Source: Bdellovibrio sp. (GTDB taxonomy: Bacteria; Bdellovibrionota; Bdellovibrionia; Bdellovibrionales; Bdellovibrionaceae). Taken from it: a stretch of DNA of 64,000 nucleotides. The notes beneath the pieces were generated by a model that was not told where the DNA came from, ran no database searches, and saw only the letters and a program-made list of their open reading frames with translations. Where the stretch lies: the NCBI GenBank assembly GCA_036676395.1, contig JAKFCY010000002.1, positions 1,760,001-1,824,000 of the forward strand. The letters are read 5' to 3'. Shown here one piece after another: positions 51,301-59,009 of the stretch. The position numbers and the translations under genes are program-made. Each line of letters begins with the position of its first letter. The first letter of the stretch is position 1.

Positions 51301-53489
51301 TGCATTGCTGCAACCGTAGAGTTAGTCGCTGTTTTTCCTGAATTGCCGATTCGCCCTGCTGTTCCGTCTGTTTTAGCAATTGAAGAATCAACTACGGGTA
51401 CTTTTGGTCGTGCAGTTTGTACAGTATCAAAAAAAGCCATATTTGCATTTTCATTTGCAGTTAAGTCTTTATTAGGAACGACGACTGTATCGGTATTTGG
51501 CTTATCCGTAGTAGGTACTGGCTTATCAGCAACCACGGCAGGTGTAACCTCTGAATCCGCAGAAGTTGCCGGTGATTTATCGGCAGCCACAACTGGTTTA
51601 TCAGCATTAGGTTTCGTTGTATCAGGTTTTTCAGCATTAGTTTTTTCAGGAGGAGTTTTCGCGGCCGTATCGGTTGTAGTTGGCTTTTTAGTATTAGGGT
51701 TAGTTTTTGCCGTTGTAGTTGCAGGTTTATCTGCCGGTTTATCTTTTGGTTTTTCTTCTGGTTTTGTAGCCGCTTGCTGAGCTTTCTGCGCTGGTGTTGG
51801 CGTCGCAGGAGTTTGAACTGTTGGCGCTGCATTTGATGAAACTGTTGGAGGAGTTGGTGCACTCGGTGTTGCTTTCAAACCACGAGCTAACAACGGTGCT
51901 GCGGCACCAACAAATGGCAATACATCAACTCCAGCTAATAAGGCGTCAACCTTACATGAAGTATCAAGTTCACGGGCAATCGTTACTTGTGATTTTGCGT
52001 TATCACAGACCATATTTTTTTGTTTATCTTTTACAGATAAATTATCTAAAATAGCTGTGTTTTTATTTGTACATGATTTATAGGCCTGTTTCATACTGCC
52101 TTGAGCAAAGTAACCATCAACAGCTAGGGTTCCGGCAAAAGCCCCACGGCGTGTAGCGATTGCGGTTTTACTTAAACCACCGATAACTTTAGCACCTACA
52201 GCTATAGATCCTAATCCAGCTGTCAAAACAGTTAACCCAGCATCTAGTGCGGCATTATCAACAATATTTTTTGTACCGGCACGATCTTCACCGCGATCTA
52301 ACAAACAACTTTCGGCATCAAAATAAGTTTTAAATTCCATGTTGCTGCGACGGTCTGCTAATTGCGGCACTGCCGGCGAATCAAGTTTTGCTAATTCAGT
52401 TCTAACTTTGGCAAAATCACATTTTTCGCCTTTATCATCAGTGTCATAAATTAAACATCTTAAATTTTGTAAATTGTCTTTATAAGCTCCAGATAAAGCT
52501 GTGCGATTAGCTTTTAACTGTTCACGCAGGCCTTCTTTAATTTTTTCGCGACTTAAATATTTTCTTTCTGATGATCTTGGTCTTACTTTTTGACGTGCGA
52601 TTTTATCAAAGATTTCACCACGCACCCAAGGAACTTCATCTCGAAGAATTTCGATGGCTTTAGTGATGTTTTCACATTTTATAGCGGCTGTTTTTTGCGA
52701 AGTGTAAGTAAACCCGCCGCGCATAGGGCAGTCTTTTGTTGAACCCGCGCATTTAACCATTGAACCTGATCTACATTTTAGTTCGGCATCTTGAAGTGCA
52801 CTGATCTTACCCAGATTATCCATCGTCTTTTGCACTTGTTCTTCAAAACGATCTGCGGCTTGCCCTTTACACTGCCCGCCAGCATTACGTAAATTTTCAC
52901 AGTTGGTTTTTAAATCCGGAAGTAACGGATTACACTCGATGCCATTAAGCACAGGCGTACCTTCAGTCACAGAATCAATAAATGCAATTTCATCAATCGC
53001 TGATTTATTAAATTTTTCAATGCGCGTTGCTGCTGCATAGAAACGCGTTTGCGCAACTTTTGCTTGTTCTGGAGATAAATCAGCAGAAGTGTTACATCCG
53101 TTTAACGTGCGCGCCATGCTTGGAGAAATTGTTGAAGAAAATTGTTTGCTTAATTCTGCGCTTAACGCCTGTGGAGTTTGAAAATTAGTTTGAACGCCAT
53201 TGCCGCTCATGTAGTTTTGATAAGCTGTTACATATCCGTTACAAGTTTTTGCTTCAGAATCAAATTTAAAAACTATTAATGTCGATTTATCTTGGTAATC
53301 ATCTAACACTGATTCTTTAAGCGCTATCGGACATTTTCCTTTTTTTAATTGCACATCAGATTCAGCTGAAGACGTTTTTTTGTTTGAACTTGACGAAGTT
53401 TTTCCGCCGCCAGAAGTTTCAGGCCCGGCAAAAGAAAATTGAGAATTAAAAATCAGTGAAAATATGACTAAAAAATGTATAGCGCGCAT
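42333..53489 (-). CDS. Giant (3718 aa) secreted multidomain mosaic protein
   Basis: Uninterrupted ORF; signal peptide; Cys-rich N-terminus; P/T/K linker; internal repeats; HEVSH; HD-like region; kinase-like C-terminus. Confidence 0.85.
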   Translation of the reverse strand: MRAIHFLVIFSLIFNSQFSFAGPETSGGGKTSSSSNKKTSSAESDVQLKKGKCPIALKESVLDDYQDKSTLIVFKFDSEAKTCNGYVTAYQNYMSGNGVQTNFQTPQALSAELSKQFSSTISPSMARTLNGCNTSADLSPEQAKVAQTRFYAAATRIEKFNKSAIDEIAFIDSVTEGTPVLNGIECNPLLPDLKTNCENLRNAGGQCKGQAADRFEEQVQKTMDNLGKISALQDAELKCRSGSMVKCAGSTKDCPMRGGFTYTSQKTAAIKCENITKAIEILRDEVPWVRGEIFDKIARQKVRPRSSERKYLSREKIKEGLREQLKANRTALSGAYKDNLQNLRCLIYDTDDKGEKCDFAKVRTELAKLDSPAVPQLADRRSNMEFKTYFDAESCLLDRGEDRAGTKNIVDNAALDAGLTVLTAGLGSIAVGAKVIGGLSKTAIATRRGAFAGTLAVDGYFAQGSMKQAYKSCTNKNTAILDNLSVKDKQKNMVCDNAKSQVTIARELDTSCKVDALLAGVDVLPFVGAAAPLLARGLKATPSAPTPPTVSSNAAPTVQTPATPTPAQKAQQAATKPEEKPKDKPADKPATTTAKTNPNTKKPTTTDTAAKTPPEKTNAEKPDTTKPNADKPVVAADKSPATSADSEVTPAVVADKPVPTTDKPNTDTVVVPNKDLTANENANMAFFDTVQTARPKVPVVDSSIAKTDGTAGRIGNSGKTATNSTVAAMHSVAGKDAAVRISDETGEVIQGTVTKLHQTPQGAMAEVAYQHRDGSMRSRRIQAQELYQTNPEIKSQLDNQFYEFLSGKFKADQAVAQNKLVIPQPAKTMNSAAGTGDYLQKSAALDMRSGSTNNSAMAVAAAPSRPVAAAQAVVTQPVMQRTQPVVAQVDMQNFGNAAPVNNIQKGSGRSPASESFTQNVPSTAAEDELVRALTSNNNTGAVAPVTSFAKVKPEPVSIFKSNSGAGSGSTPQINVKADNRPTTYVDKSDNVRFIEGEQIKVSNFEGGKDAEFKIVKKLENGLLRVSDSNGKEFDLLRDEVKSAERLAPSLTKADSAEVVEKVKLKEEFIRPGDAVNVKNFEGGSDLNASVVRKNTDGTVRIKDEAGKEFDLVKAEVKDAEFSRGLTAEVKQNLEIADDVARVRVAEGYLQRPLTAAQQQAVLKSHKIADDKGIFALSKTELRQKAKALRDAGLSEDEASLLLRKGVTGSPGLDNVRIVAEQAAIPKFEIVKGKQLEVPMGNTGRTNPGAVMSGPDARGYYEVEFYQKGAGIGRTRKTAAELTAANVKLPGKIDNPIINVPVVGKDVSYPGKVISGPNGKGQYEVEIYPPGKTATVVRMNEVELKKANTPQAVRQAKIREARRASFADRSSAELEQILDDSLRQADSRGGRDAYNVDYGVSGKPDKALKSKKIDIEGQRALEELAKRQNKEVNELYEEVKLARKAKPQVQVRAKSTDASQADVFNSAQAGGARNELDYLAEQDGLKTLNLNPKQRQNAALELGIADENKIAAMDYPAVASRKETRELFKKLFPNGNDFDDTLLRQTMSFNPRGGYINAREFANAEKFVAAVRNADVNAANLSLAERRLLNKFTDRAPLYARQTNADVALLPRQSLEVDSAVIRKTASADSAPISVRAIDPAEVAGDARNQLDYLAEQDRLKSSRLNPRQRESVARELGIYNENKAAALDYASVGSKKESTALFDKLFPGKKDFDTEMLRQSMSYNPRGGYIGNAEFSNAEKFVKAVQKADIDGSTLSLSERRLLNKYTDRAPLYARQVNPTIETINRQSLEAVVPPRIISNKVSAFAARGDEVVAQVKIKPEMARAGDQVTVKNFEALAGGGGADLDAKFIRRNKDGTIRVKDSQGKEINLGAQATSESQFYRGLTAELKVNGDLDDPSRVKAAADYVKRPLTDAQKNAVLASHNVGGEGRGYFDYTAKELKEKTAILRKAGFSNSEATLLLRKGITGNNSSEISQLIKVTPSEVRIGDQVVIHEFNGTGELRGAIAGDAHNGGLILREANGAETIIYKNDLDDLTNAQITRNPNARFIANAEELSLERAPIVAAVAKKAVPVDVSNARVGDKVLISEFNGTGELEGVIAGPAKNGGYLLREVNGKETIIYKTDLEDTTNAKITREWGSKPPVIKREVAPSIDTTPDSPLLVSKDKKQNPDIVVPLGNGELRQGRVLSQLEAKPGLAKTYVVEYLDEAGISNQIHLTQDQLLATNTPEALKKVKADRERSATYQSKSNSELQQILDEGHRAAKDAVGKGRSVDKPDLNAETHSALSELARRSGVTSNAVFEAYRRGGIKGLENLALAQNIIRSPASVTNLPVTPIIVKPLAQLKTGDYVVTAGIGDKVKEGIVVGRDKIKGEIIYTVGVVNKDGSTSFKKMTDRELGDSNSAYVGVKVESSRSKDPLALRSQIDEDFKNARNEGQLADLRRKARLKVEGKTKVIYDDASNPLLANSAGVTTPEGAVYINIDYDTDARFSTLLHEVSHTKTDRARGDLAVQSISKELSAQGYGKGFSFDEIKAATVNFAVDKQTVIAQSKAGKPGIPNRAVKRDISNMQTSVDRRQAFINDSRDALDQVDESLGSIVAKDVGRSGDKNFTVWQITLNNVEGKNGPVHLSFSTPVNMSRSEAMGQLREFSREEKIKLLNAQSRLDYDKAYLTELRTKVGVPKPAPPLNGESVFQVVEAKGVARNPATDRVKAQALSSSNTSTNSLVEELDSVIGIRGRSMGLRSTAELTSGHPLTPVIEKQRQIVNRLSRADREFQPENFARISSNVANDFLKSGDVDLALPYYRLTAETIENNLGSTAKSFWASEVNTKAAIKAGFISDNTELAHMATQKSVLAKTKSNAAEDVKKVALDQYHNLGYEYDRILYGVKRYGNKNKELELLVIRKQQQHIVQKYGLKNDIEAVIGKEGFQKIDDQADLTVDDLIQNPKQIIDPEKFKKTQRIPASTSAPSAMAAPSAALPVELKAVHSGISKSTPELEAQVDRYVEALRGADLSPKEVKSILHQEDLIAATRNPVVAKVLDKARVDYQGLKFGMLDSDVGKLAKFQENLLLKNTKESEELFDTLRGTVKTPAAQELKTVLKDLGFPHPNLLNPNLTNQEVREIIAEVPVLRGYLHELPGMQLAIRDLNAGHITQNQFRERILANLGHNGPNEGYWSFLSNNIVPTSLGNAKHPKAKLLFADSVFATDQVINGVVVPRYPAPQSPAGIVHSTFDRLSQGTRGGIDKIFYELGGAPLAANPKTAIREIGVPPNKGLQLPHEMLIGNPEKTMSQLEALQQHAATSPQFSKTQQTELSHFVGGAIVRLQKQNDFIQQNVIIAKDSNGLIKKMTLRYQDKKIVLTNDSPAEDVAGAMEKMLRHEESLHGDPFKEFKLAPPRTATLAAADAAKLDQRHSQASLDYLLVNIAKRSDNEKAEAPEVVEFLKRYKNDPAFAGWLKNKDVTNSVHYDVKGNATKLLLEYKNLERTPAAIKDPVIVNLADQKLLEPSRLNAWQVERQINFKRSQYDNVLSGLKKGDVVQATSAQSGKVESFELGDYIGAGNTSNLYAMKDPNKVVRLPFLTTGVSGQKSGKDFFQTYVQTRDKYVGIPGLDVVKVFDHGKNFEYIVNERVPIKMTLNEVEDRLFSLKATKTPTDSQKKELTELQAVWDKFTKIAPEIAKRSNDQTRVTSLQSAKAIDRDTALVQEARQVALTPDGRLVLLDWE

Positions 53490-53496
53490 AGGCTAT

Positions 53497-53523
53497 TTAT
53501 CGGCAAAATCCCTGAATTTATTA
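53497..53523 (-). promoter_or_regulatory. Sigma-28-like promoter of the giant gene
   Basis: TAAT-N15-GCCGATAA ending 7 bp before the ATG. Confidence 0.6.
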
Positions 53524-53562
53524 AGGATTTGCGAGCTATAGAACAGTCTAGATTATTTGGAT

Positions 53563-54759
53563 TTAGCTAGCGATTTTTTCTTTAACGATTTGCATAGGCA
53601 GTTTCATGAACAAATCCATCGGCAGAGCCTTAGAATATAACCAACCCTGAGCAAAGTAAGCGCCTAATTGCAATAAAGCTTCGCGCTCTTCAAGCGTTTC
53701 AACACCTTCAGCAATAATATCCATACCTAAAGCTTGCGCCATAAAGACCATAGACTTTACAACAGCTAAAACTTTTGGATCAGCGTTTATTTTTGAGACA
53801 AATGACTTGTCGACTTTTAGATAACTGACTGGCATTTGTGATAAATACTGTAAACTTGAGTACCCAGTACCGAAATCATCGATTGAAATGTGAAAACCTT
53901 TGTTTTTACATTGATCTAAAATCTCGATGGCAACGACTCCGTTCATCATCACACGTTCAGTAACTTCTAATTTAATATTTTTTGGAGCGACTTTGTGCTT
54001 CCATGTCAGTTTTTCCAGATCCACTAAAAAATCCGGATGCGTAAACTGGCGACCGCTCACATTGATACTCATAATAAAGTCATCACCAAACGCCGTTTTG
54101 ATCTTTTGAAAGTCTTGAAAACAACGTTCAAAAATCCAATGACCGACAGAAACCATAAGTGATGAATTTTCTAAGAAATCGATAAATTTATCCGGCTGAA
54201 TATATCCAATAACTGGATCTTTCCAACGGATCAAAGCTTCAGCTCCGACCACTGCACTCGTCTGCATATTGACGATGGGCTGATAAAACATTTCAAACTC
54301 TTGGTTGTTCAAAGCTTCTTGCAGACGATTTTCAAATTTCAGGTTTTCAAAACCATCCATAATCGTATCATCTGGGCTGACGATATCTTCATTGCCCTGA
54401 GCAACATGAGTCAGTGATGAATTGTTTTTACGTACGCGATTCATCATCACTTTTAATAATAATTGAACTAACTGGTCAGACCCTTGAAAACGCTCGATCA
54501 ATTGATCTTTAGTCACAACATTTAAAACTGTATCTTCAACAGCTTTAACAGAAGCCGAACGTGGTAAAGAATCAATTAATGACATCTCTCCAAAAATTTC
54601 GCCTTTTTTAATTTGTGTAAGTGGAACTACTTTTGAATCGATTTCCAGGTAGACAAGGACTTTACCGCTTTCTACAACGTACGCACAATCACCAGCTTCA
54701 CCCTGTTTAAATAAAACAGTGTCTTTCGCAATTGTAATTTGTTTTTTTAACGTACTCAT
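53563..54759 (-). CDS. cNMP-binding plus EAL c-di-GMP phosphodiesterase (Bd1971-like architecture)
   Basis: GEIFGEMSLID..PRSASV; YQPIV, AEALIRW, LEVTE, DDFGTGYSSL, AEGVET and QGW motifs. Confidence 0.92.
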   Translation of the reverse strand: MSTLKKQITIAKDTVLFKQGEAGDCAYVVESGKVLVYLEIDSKVVPLTQIKKGEIFGEMSLIDSLPRSASVKAVEDTVLNVVTKDQLIERFQGSDQLVQLLLKVMMNRVRKNNSSLTHVAQGNEDIVSPDDTIMDGFENLKFENRLQEALNNQEFEMFYQPIVNMQTSAVVGAEALIRWKDPVIGYIQPDKFIDFLENSSLMVSVGHWIFERCFQDFQKIKTAFGDDFIMSINVSGRQFTHPDFLVDLEKLTWKHKVAPKNIKLEVTERVMMNGVVAIEILDQCKNKGFHISIDDFGTGYSSLQYLSQMPVSYLKVDKSFVSKINADPKVLAVVKSMVFMAQALGMDIIAEGVETLEEREALLQLGAYFAQGWLYSKALPMDLFMKLPMQIVKEKIAS

Positions 54760-54868
54760 TAAGCTTCCTCGCAAACAACCTATCGACAGTGGTGACTGTG
54801 TTATTTACTGGACTCCGGTCTAGTTCTTGATGCGGCTTAGGGCTAAAACTCTACCAATTCGAGAATGT

Positions 54869-55723
54869 CTAAATATTATTAACCTTGTTTTTATTTAATC
54901 CCAGACTTTTACACATCAAATAATCGTAAATTCTCAATGGAATCAACTTTGGTAAATACCAATTTTGAAATTTTCGCGGCACCGGAGCGTATCTAAACTT
55001 TGGATTCGAATTTGTCAGCGCGTGATCGATATCTTTAACTACATCTTCTACATGCAAGGCATGATTGATTTCGCTACTAACAAACGCGATAAATTTTTGG
55101 AATGATTTTTTATATTCTGTAGAATCAAAAGCGTTGGCTACTGCATTAATTCCTTTATTCCAAATCGGTGTACTCACCGACCCAGGAGCAACGATTGAAA
55201 CCTTCATGCCATACAAATTTAATTCACGACGAAGTGTTTCTGAAAAACCTTCGATCGCATGTTTACTGGCACAGTACCCCCCTAAAAATGGGGTCCCGTT
55301 TTTGCCTGAGACAGAAGAAATATTAACAATTCGGCCCTGCTTAGCTTTTTTTAAAAAAGGCAGAATCACTTGAGTCATCTTAATCACCGCAACTACATTA
55401 ACTTGCAGCATGCTCTGAATTTCTGAAAACTTTTGATACTCGATTGGCCCAGCCAAAGCCACTCCGGCATTGTTAACTAAGGCATCAATGTGAGTGATAT
55501 TATTTTTTATCAAGAGGTCTGCAATTTGATCTACTTTTGCGAAATCGGTGACATCTAATTGCAGGCCCAAAAAATTCTGTGGATGCGTTTTTTGAAAATA
55601 TTCACCGTCTTTTTTGTTTCGGTAAGTCCCGATAACTTTACCCCCCTGTTTTAGGTAAAAATCAGCAGTTGAAAAACCTATTCCACTGCTGACTCCGGTA
55701 ATAAAGACGATTTTTTGATTCAT
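54869..55723 (-). CDS. Short-chain dehydrogenase/reductase
   Basis: TGVSSGIG, NNAG and YCASK motifs. Confidence 0.92.
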   Translation of the reverse strand: MNQKIVFITGVSSGIGFSTADFYLKQGGKVIGTYRNKKDGEYFQKTHPQNFLGLQLDVTDFAKVDQIADLLIKNNITHIDALVNNAGVALAGPIEYQKFSEIQSMLQVNVVAVIKMTQVILPFLKKAKQGRIVNISSVSGKNGTPFLGGYCASKHAIEGFSETLRRELNLYGMKVSIVAPGSVSTPIWNKGINAVANAFDSTEYKKSFQKFIAFVSSEINHALHVEDVVKDIDHALTNSNPKFRYAPVPRKFQNWYLPKLIPLRIYDYLMCKSLGLNKNKVNNI

Positions 55724-55734
55724 ACTTATTAAAA

Positions 55735-56598
55735 TTACTCTAAGAAAACTCTTCGAGGAGCTCTTGAATCACAACGACCTGAAAAATTATGCGCAACGAC
55801 GCGTTTTTTAGGTGAATTTTCTAAAAATCTGCGAAGGCCTGGCGTGTTTACATCGACCATGTTTTTAATTGCCGTAGTGTCTGGGTTATGTGAAAAACCT
55901 AATTCAAATAATAAAGACCAGATGCCATGCTTCCAATAAGCATAGTCCTCAAAAGTTCCGTCAGCGGCGTATAACACTTCTGTATTATTACCAGTTTGAT
56001 AGCGACTTTCTATAGTTGCATCAGCCACTAACTTTTTATAAGTGTCATCATACGGCGTTGATAAGTCAGTTGTTGAAATTCCCCAAGGGTAAACCACGGC
56101 TGGCCAGTAAGTATGAAGAGTTGCAGATATTTGAATATTTTTTTCTTCAACAAAGGCAGCTAAAGCACTTGTCGATTTTAAACGAAAAGCCTTATCTGTC
56201 TTACAAGGGCTGGTGTAATCGCGATTGGCATCGACAGAAGTTTGTAAATTTTGTTCATAACGGCTTCCGCGGTTATAGCCAGTTACGTTCAATACCGGCA
56301 CGATGTAAACAGTTTGTCCCTGAATCGGATTAGCCGCGATACTTGCTGCAAAACCTAAAGCTACGGCAGTTGAACCGTACTCATTACCATGATGAGTGGC
56401 CACAACTAAAGACGCTGTTTCACCGCTTCCAACTTTTAAAGCTTTAATCGGAGTTCCCTGATCATTCGTTCCGATCGTAACAACCACAGCTTGTGCCGGG
56501 TTAGTTGCAGCGATTTCATTTAATTTATTGACGGCATTATCATAGTTGTTCGCTGCAGGCGCTTGTAATAAGAATAGCGCCAGGATTGATTCTAACAT
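55735..56598 (-). CDS. M14 zinc carboxypeptidase, probably secreted
   Basis: HHGNE, DANRDY, LHTY, GTFEDYAY and FELG motifs. Confidence 0.88.
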   Translation of the reverse strand: MLESILALFLLQAPAANNYDNAVNKLNEIAATNPAQAVVVTIGTNDQGTPIKALKVGSGETASLVVATHHGNEYGSTAVALGFAASIAANPIQGQTVYIVPVLNVTGYNRGSRYEQNLQTSVDANRDYTSPCKTDKAFRLKSTSALAAFVEEKNIQISATLHTYWPAVVYPWGISTTDLSTPYDDTYKKLVADATIESRYQTGNNTEVLYAADGTFEDYAYWKHGIWSLLFELGFSHNPDTTAIKNMVDVNTPGLRRFLENSPKKRVVAHNFSGRCDSRAPRRVFLE

Positions 56599-56613
56599 TG
56601 GGATCTCCGTTTC

Positions 56614-57606
56614 CTAATTGTTAAACGTAACTTTGGTCTTGTTTATAATCGTCTTTGGATTTCCGTTGTTTGTTAAGTAATTTTTAACAAGAAGTGATTG
56701 AATTTTTAAAATTTCAGCTTTCGGATAGTAATGCGTCAAAATATCCATGTAAGTTCGGCCCTTTTTAGCCATATATAAACTTCCCCACTGACACAACCCC
56801 ACACCATGGCCAAAACCACGGCCACTAAAGGTGACAAGTGCATCGCTGACTTCAACAGCTTCAGGATTCGAACGAATTTTAGAATACCCGAACACCTGAC
56901 GCAGCTTTTGGATGCCCCAGTCTTCGAAACGAACTATTTTGTTTTTAAAATATGCCGCTTCAAATACATCTTTGTTTTGAAATTCACCGACAGGCACTGA
57001 AAAGCTCCACTGGTTGCTGGCTTTCGTTTGGCACCACGGATCTTGAGTCGTTCCTAAATCGACCGCGCCTTTCCAAACTTTATCTGCGGGCAAGGTTTGT
57101 CCACCACAGTCTGAATGATAAAAAGTTTTAACGATCTTTTTATTCATCGACAGCACGATATCCTCAGTTGCCGCAACGACAAGATAGGCTTTGTCTGAAG
57201 TAGTCCATTGAAACACTTGATCCATTTGATCAGCATCGACATGAAATAATTTGTCGCGACGTTCATTCATGCGCGAAAATAAATACGAACGCGCCACTAC
57301 GGCTTGGGCTTTTAAAGCCTCAACGGGCCAAGCCAAGGGCATCTCTTTAGAAACTACTCCGGCTAAATAGTGCGTCAGCGGCACAACTTCGATCAGATCA
57401 TATTTATTATTTTCTTTATGAACCACTTCATAACGACGTGCTTGTGAACCAAAGCGCGCGCTTAAGTTTTTCGGATATTGAATCAAGTCTTTTTCGACAC
57501 GCACCCGAACATGCGAGAATTCTGATTGCGTCGCTTCAACCCCCAGTGGGGTAAATAACGAAGCCATTGCTAATGTAACAATAAAATAAGAGCGAACCCA
57601 AACCAT
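56614..57606 (-). CDS. SpoIID/LytB-domain protein
   Basis: YLAGVVSKEMP..WP.EALKAQAVVARSY, FYHSDCGG and GFGHGVGLCQWG motifs. Confidence 0.92.
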   Translation of the reverse strand: MVWVRSYFIVTLAMASLFTPLGVEATQSEFSHVRVRVEKDLIQYPKNLSARFGSQARRYEVVHKENNKYDLIEVVPLTHYLAGVVSKEMPLAWPVEALKAQAVVARSYLFSRMNERRDKLFHVDADQMDQVFQWTTSDKAYLVVAATEDIVLSMNKKIVKTFYHSDCGGQTLPADKVWKGAVDLGTTQDPWCQTKASNQWSFSVPVGEFQNKDVFEAAYFKNKIVRFEDWGIQKLRQVFGYSKIRSNPEAVEVSDALVTFSGRGFGHGVGLCQWGSLYMAKKGRTYMDILTHYYPKAEILKIQSLLVKNYLTNNGNPKTIINKTKVTFNN

Positions 57607-57679
57607 GACTTATTTGACCGAGACTCTGTCTAAACGACTAGGAAATTTTATCCCTTAGGCCGCAGAGTTGGCCCTGTGT

Positions 57680-58066
57680 CTAGTTTAGTGATTTATACTT
57701 TTGCATGATCGTCTGTAAGAAAGTCCAGACTGTGCTTTTAAGATTTTTATTTGCGTGCAAAATTTGCGGAGAATAAGTCTGGTTTTCTGAAGTATCTGGA
57801 CTAAGTACTAAGTCAAAGTCGATTAACGACTGCCCTACGGTTTTAAGAGACAGATCATGCACCACCATATCACCATCAGGTATTTTCATTGCGGCTAACA
57901 TATTATTTAAAAGTGTATGGTCTTCTGTGGTGAATTGATTGTAGTTTTCAACCCACACAGAGATTTTATGAGCTCCTGTAGACGCGGCTTCAAAAGATAA
58001 GCTTTCATCCTTCAAAATCTGGCTTACGCCCAATACATTTTTTAAATATTTGATATATTCTTGCAT
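57680..58066 (-). CDS. Hypothetical protein (weak resemblance to a degenerate UDG/HolD-like fold)
   Basis: 128-aa ORF with RBS; LLNNMLAAMKI and SP..L.....LK..VW..LQ. Confidence 0.5.
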   Translation of the reverse strand: MQEYIKYLKNVLGVSQILKDESLSFEAASTGAHKISVWVENYNQFTTEDHTLLNNMLAAMKIPDGDMVVHDLSLKTVGQSLIDFDLVLSPDTSENQTYSPQILHANKNLKSTVWTFLQTIMQKYKSLN

Positions 58067-58269
58067 GTTGAGCCTTCAGGTATAAATCGCAATTGTCATT
58101 TTTTCAAAGACTCTTTTTGGCACTCAAATCAAATATACCAGCCAAAAGCGCCACAATAGCCTAAAGCGTCGACTCTTTTTACAGCTCCTTTTTACAGAGT
58201 CAAAAATCATAACATCTATTTAAATTAACACACCCAAGCTAAATTCTTTCAAAACAAGGAGTTCCCCCC

Positions 58270-59001
58270 ATGAAACTACACTCTCTATTAATAACATCAG
58301 CTTTAGTTATCTCAGTAATAACTTCGGCGACATCAGTGAACGCTATGTCTGCAGCAGAGTACGATACGCAAACTGAAATGTTCATGCCCGGTTATTTAGA
58401 AGAATTCGCTAATGCCGTTAATATGGATCAATTAAAACATAACGTCAGCTACCCGTTATCGACTACTGAGGTTGATGATAAATGCATAGCTCTGATGGAT
58501 GGCAAAATGATCGCCGGTGACGTGGGCAAAACTCTTTCGCAAATCTTTTTAGATAATCAACAAGGTTTAAGCAGTTTAGTTTCTGGTGGTTCTGTTAGGG
58601 CTAAATACTGCCCTCGTTACGGAAAAATGACAGCTAAAGAAAAATCTATCGTTTGGGTTTTTATCCTAACAGCGATGGCTCACTTTGAAAGCAACTGTAC
58701 ACGCACAGCTGCAGCAAAAGGACCAAATGGCACAGCTTATGGTTACTTCCAATTACACCGCGGTCATGAAGACAACTATGGTGGCGGTAACTTTTGTAAA
58801 AAAGGCGATGCCGCAAAACCAGTTGCAGCCAGCAAATGTACTTTAGGTATGTTAGAAAAACAGTTCGTAAATCGCCAAGGAGAATTATTCAGCAATAAAT
58901 CTTACTGGGATGTTTTACGCCCAACTGGCAGCTCTAAAAAATGGTCTGTAATTCGCAGAGCTTTAATGCGCTCTAGCCTTTGCAATCCGCAAACGATCTG
59001 A
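58270..59001 (+). CDS. Secreted lysozyme/lytic-transglycosylase-like protein
   Basis: Signal peptide; MAHFESNC (catalytic-like ES), AYGYFQL and YWDVLR; six Cys. Confidence 0.65.
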   Translation: MKLHSLLITSALVISVITSATSVNAMSAAEYDTQTEMFMPGYLEEFANAVNMDQLKHNVSYPLSTTEVDDKCIALMDGKMIAGDVGKTLSQIFLDNQQGLSSLVSGGSVRAKYCPRYGKMTAKEKSIVWVFILTAMAHFESNCTRTAAAKGPNGTAYGYFQLHRGHEDNYGGGNFCKKGDAAKPVAASKCTLGMLEKQFVNRQGELFSNKSYWDVLRPTGSSKKWSVIRRALMRSSLCNPQTI

Positions 59002-59009
59002 TTTTAAAT

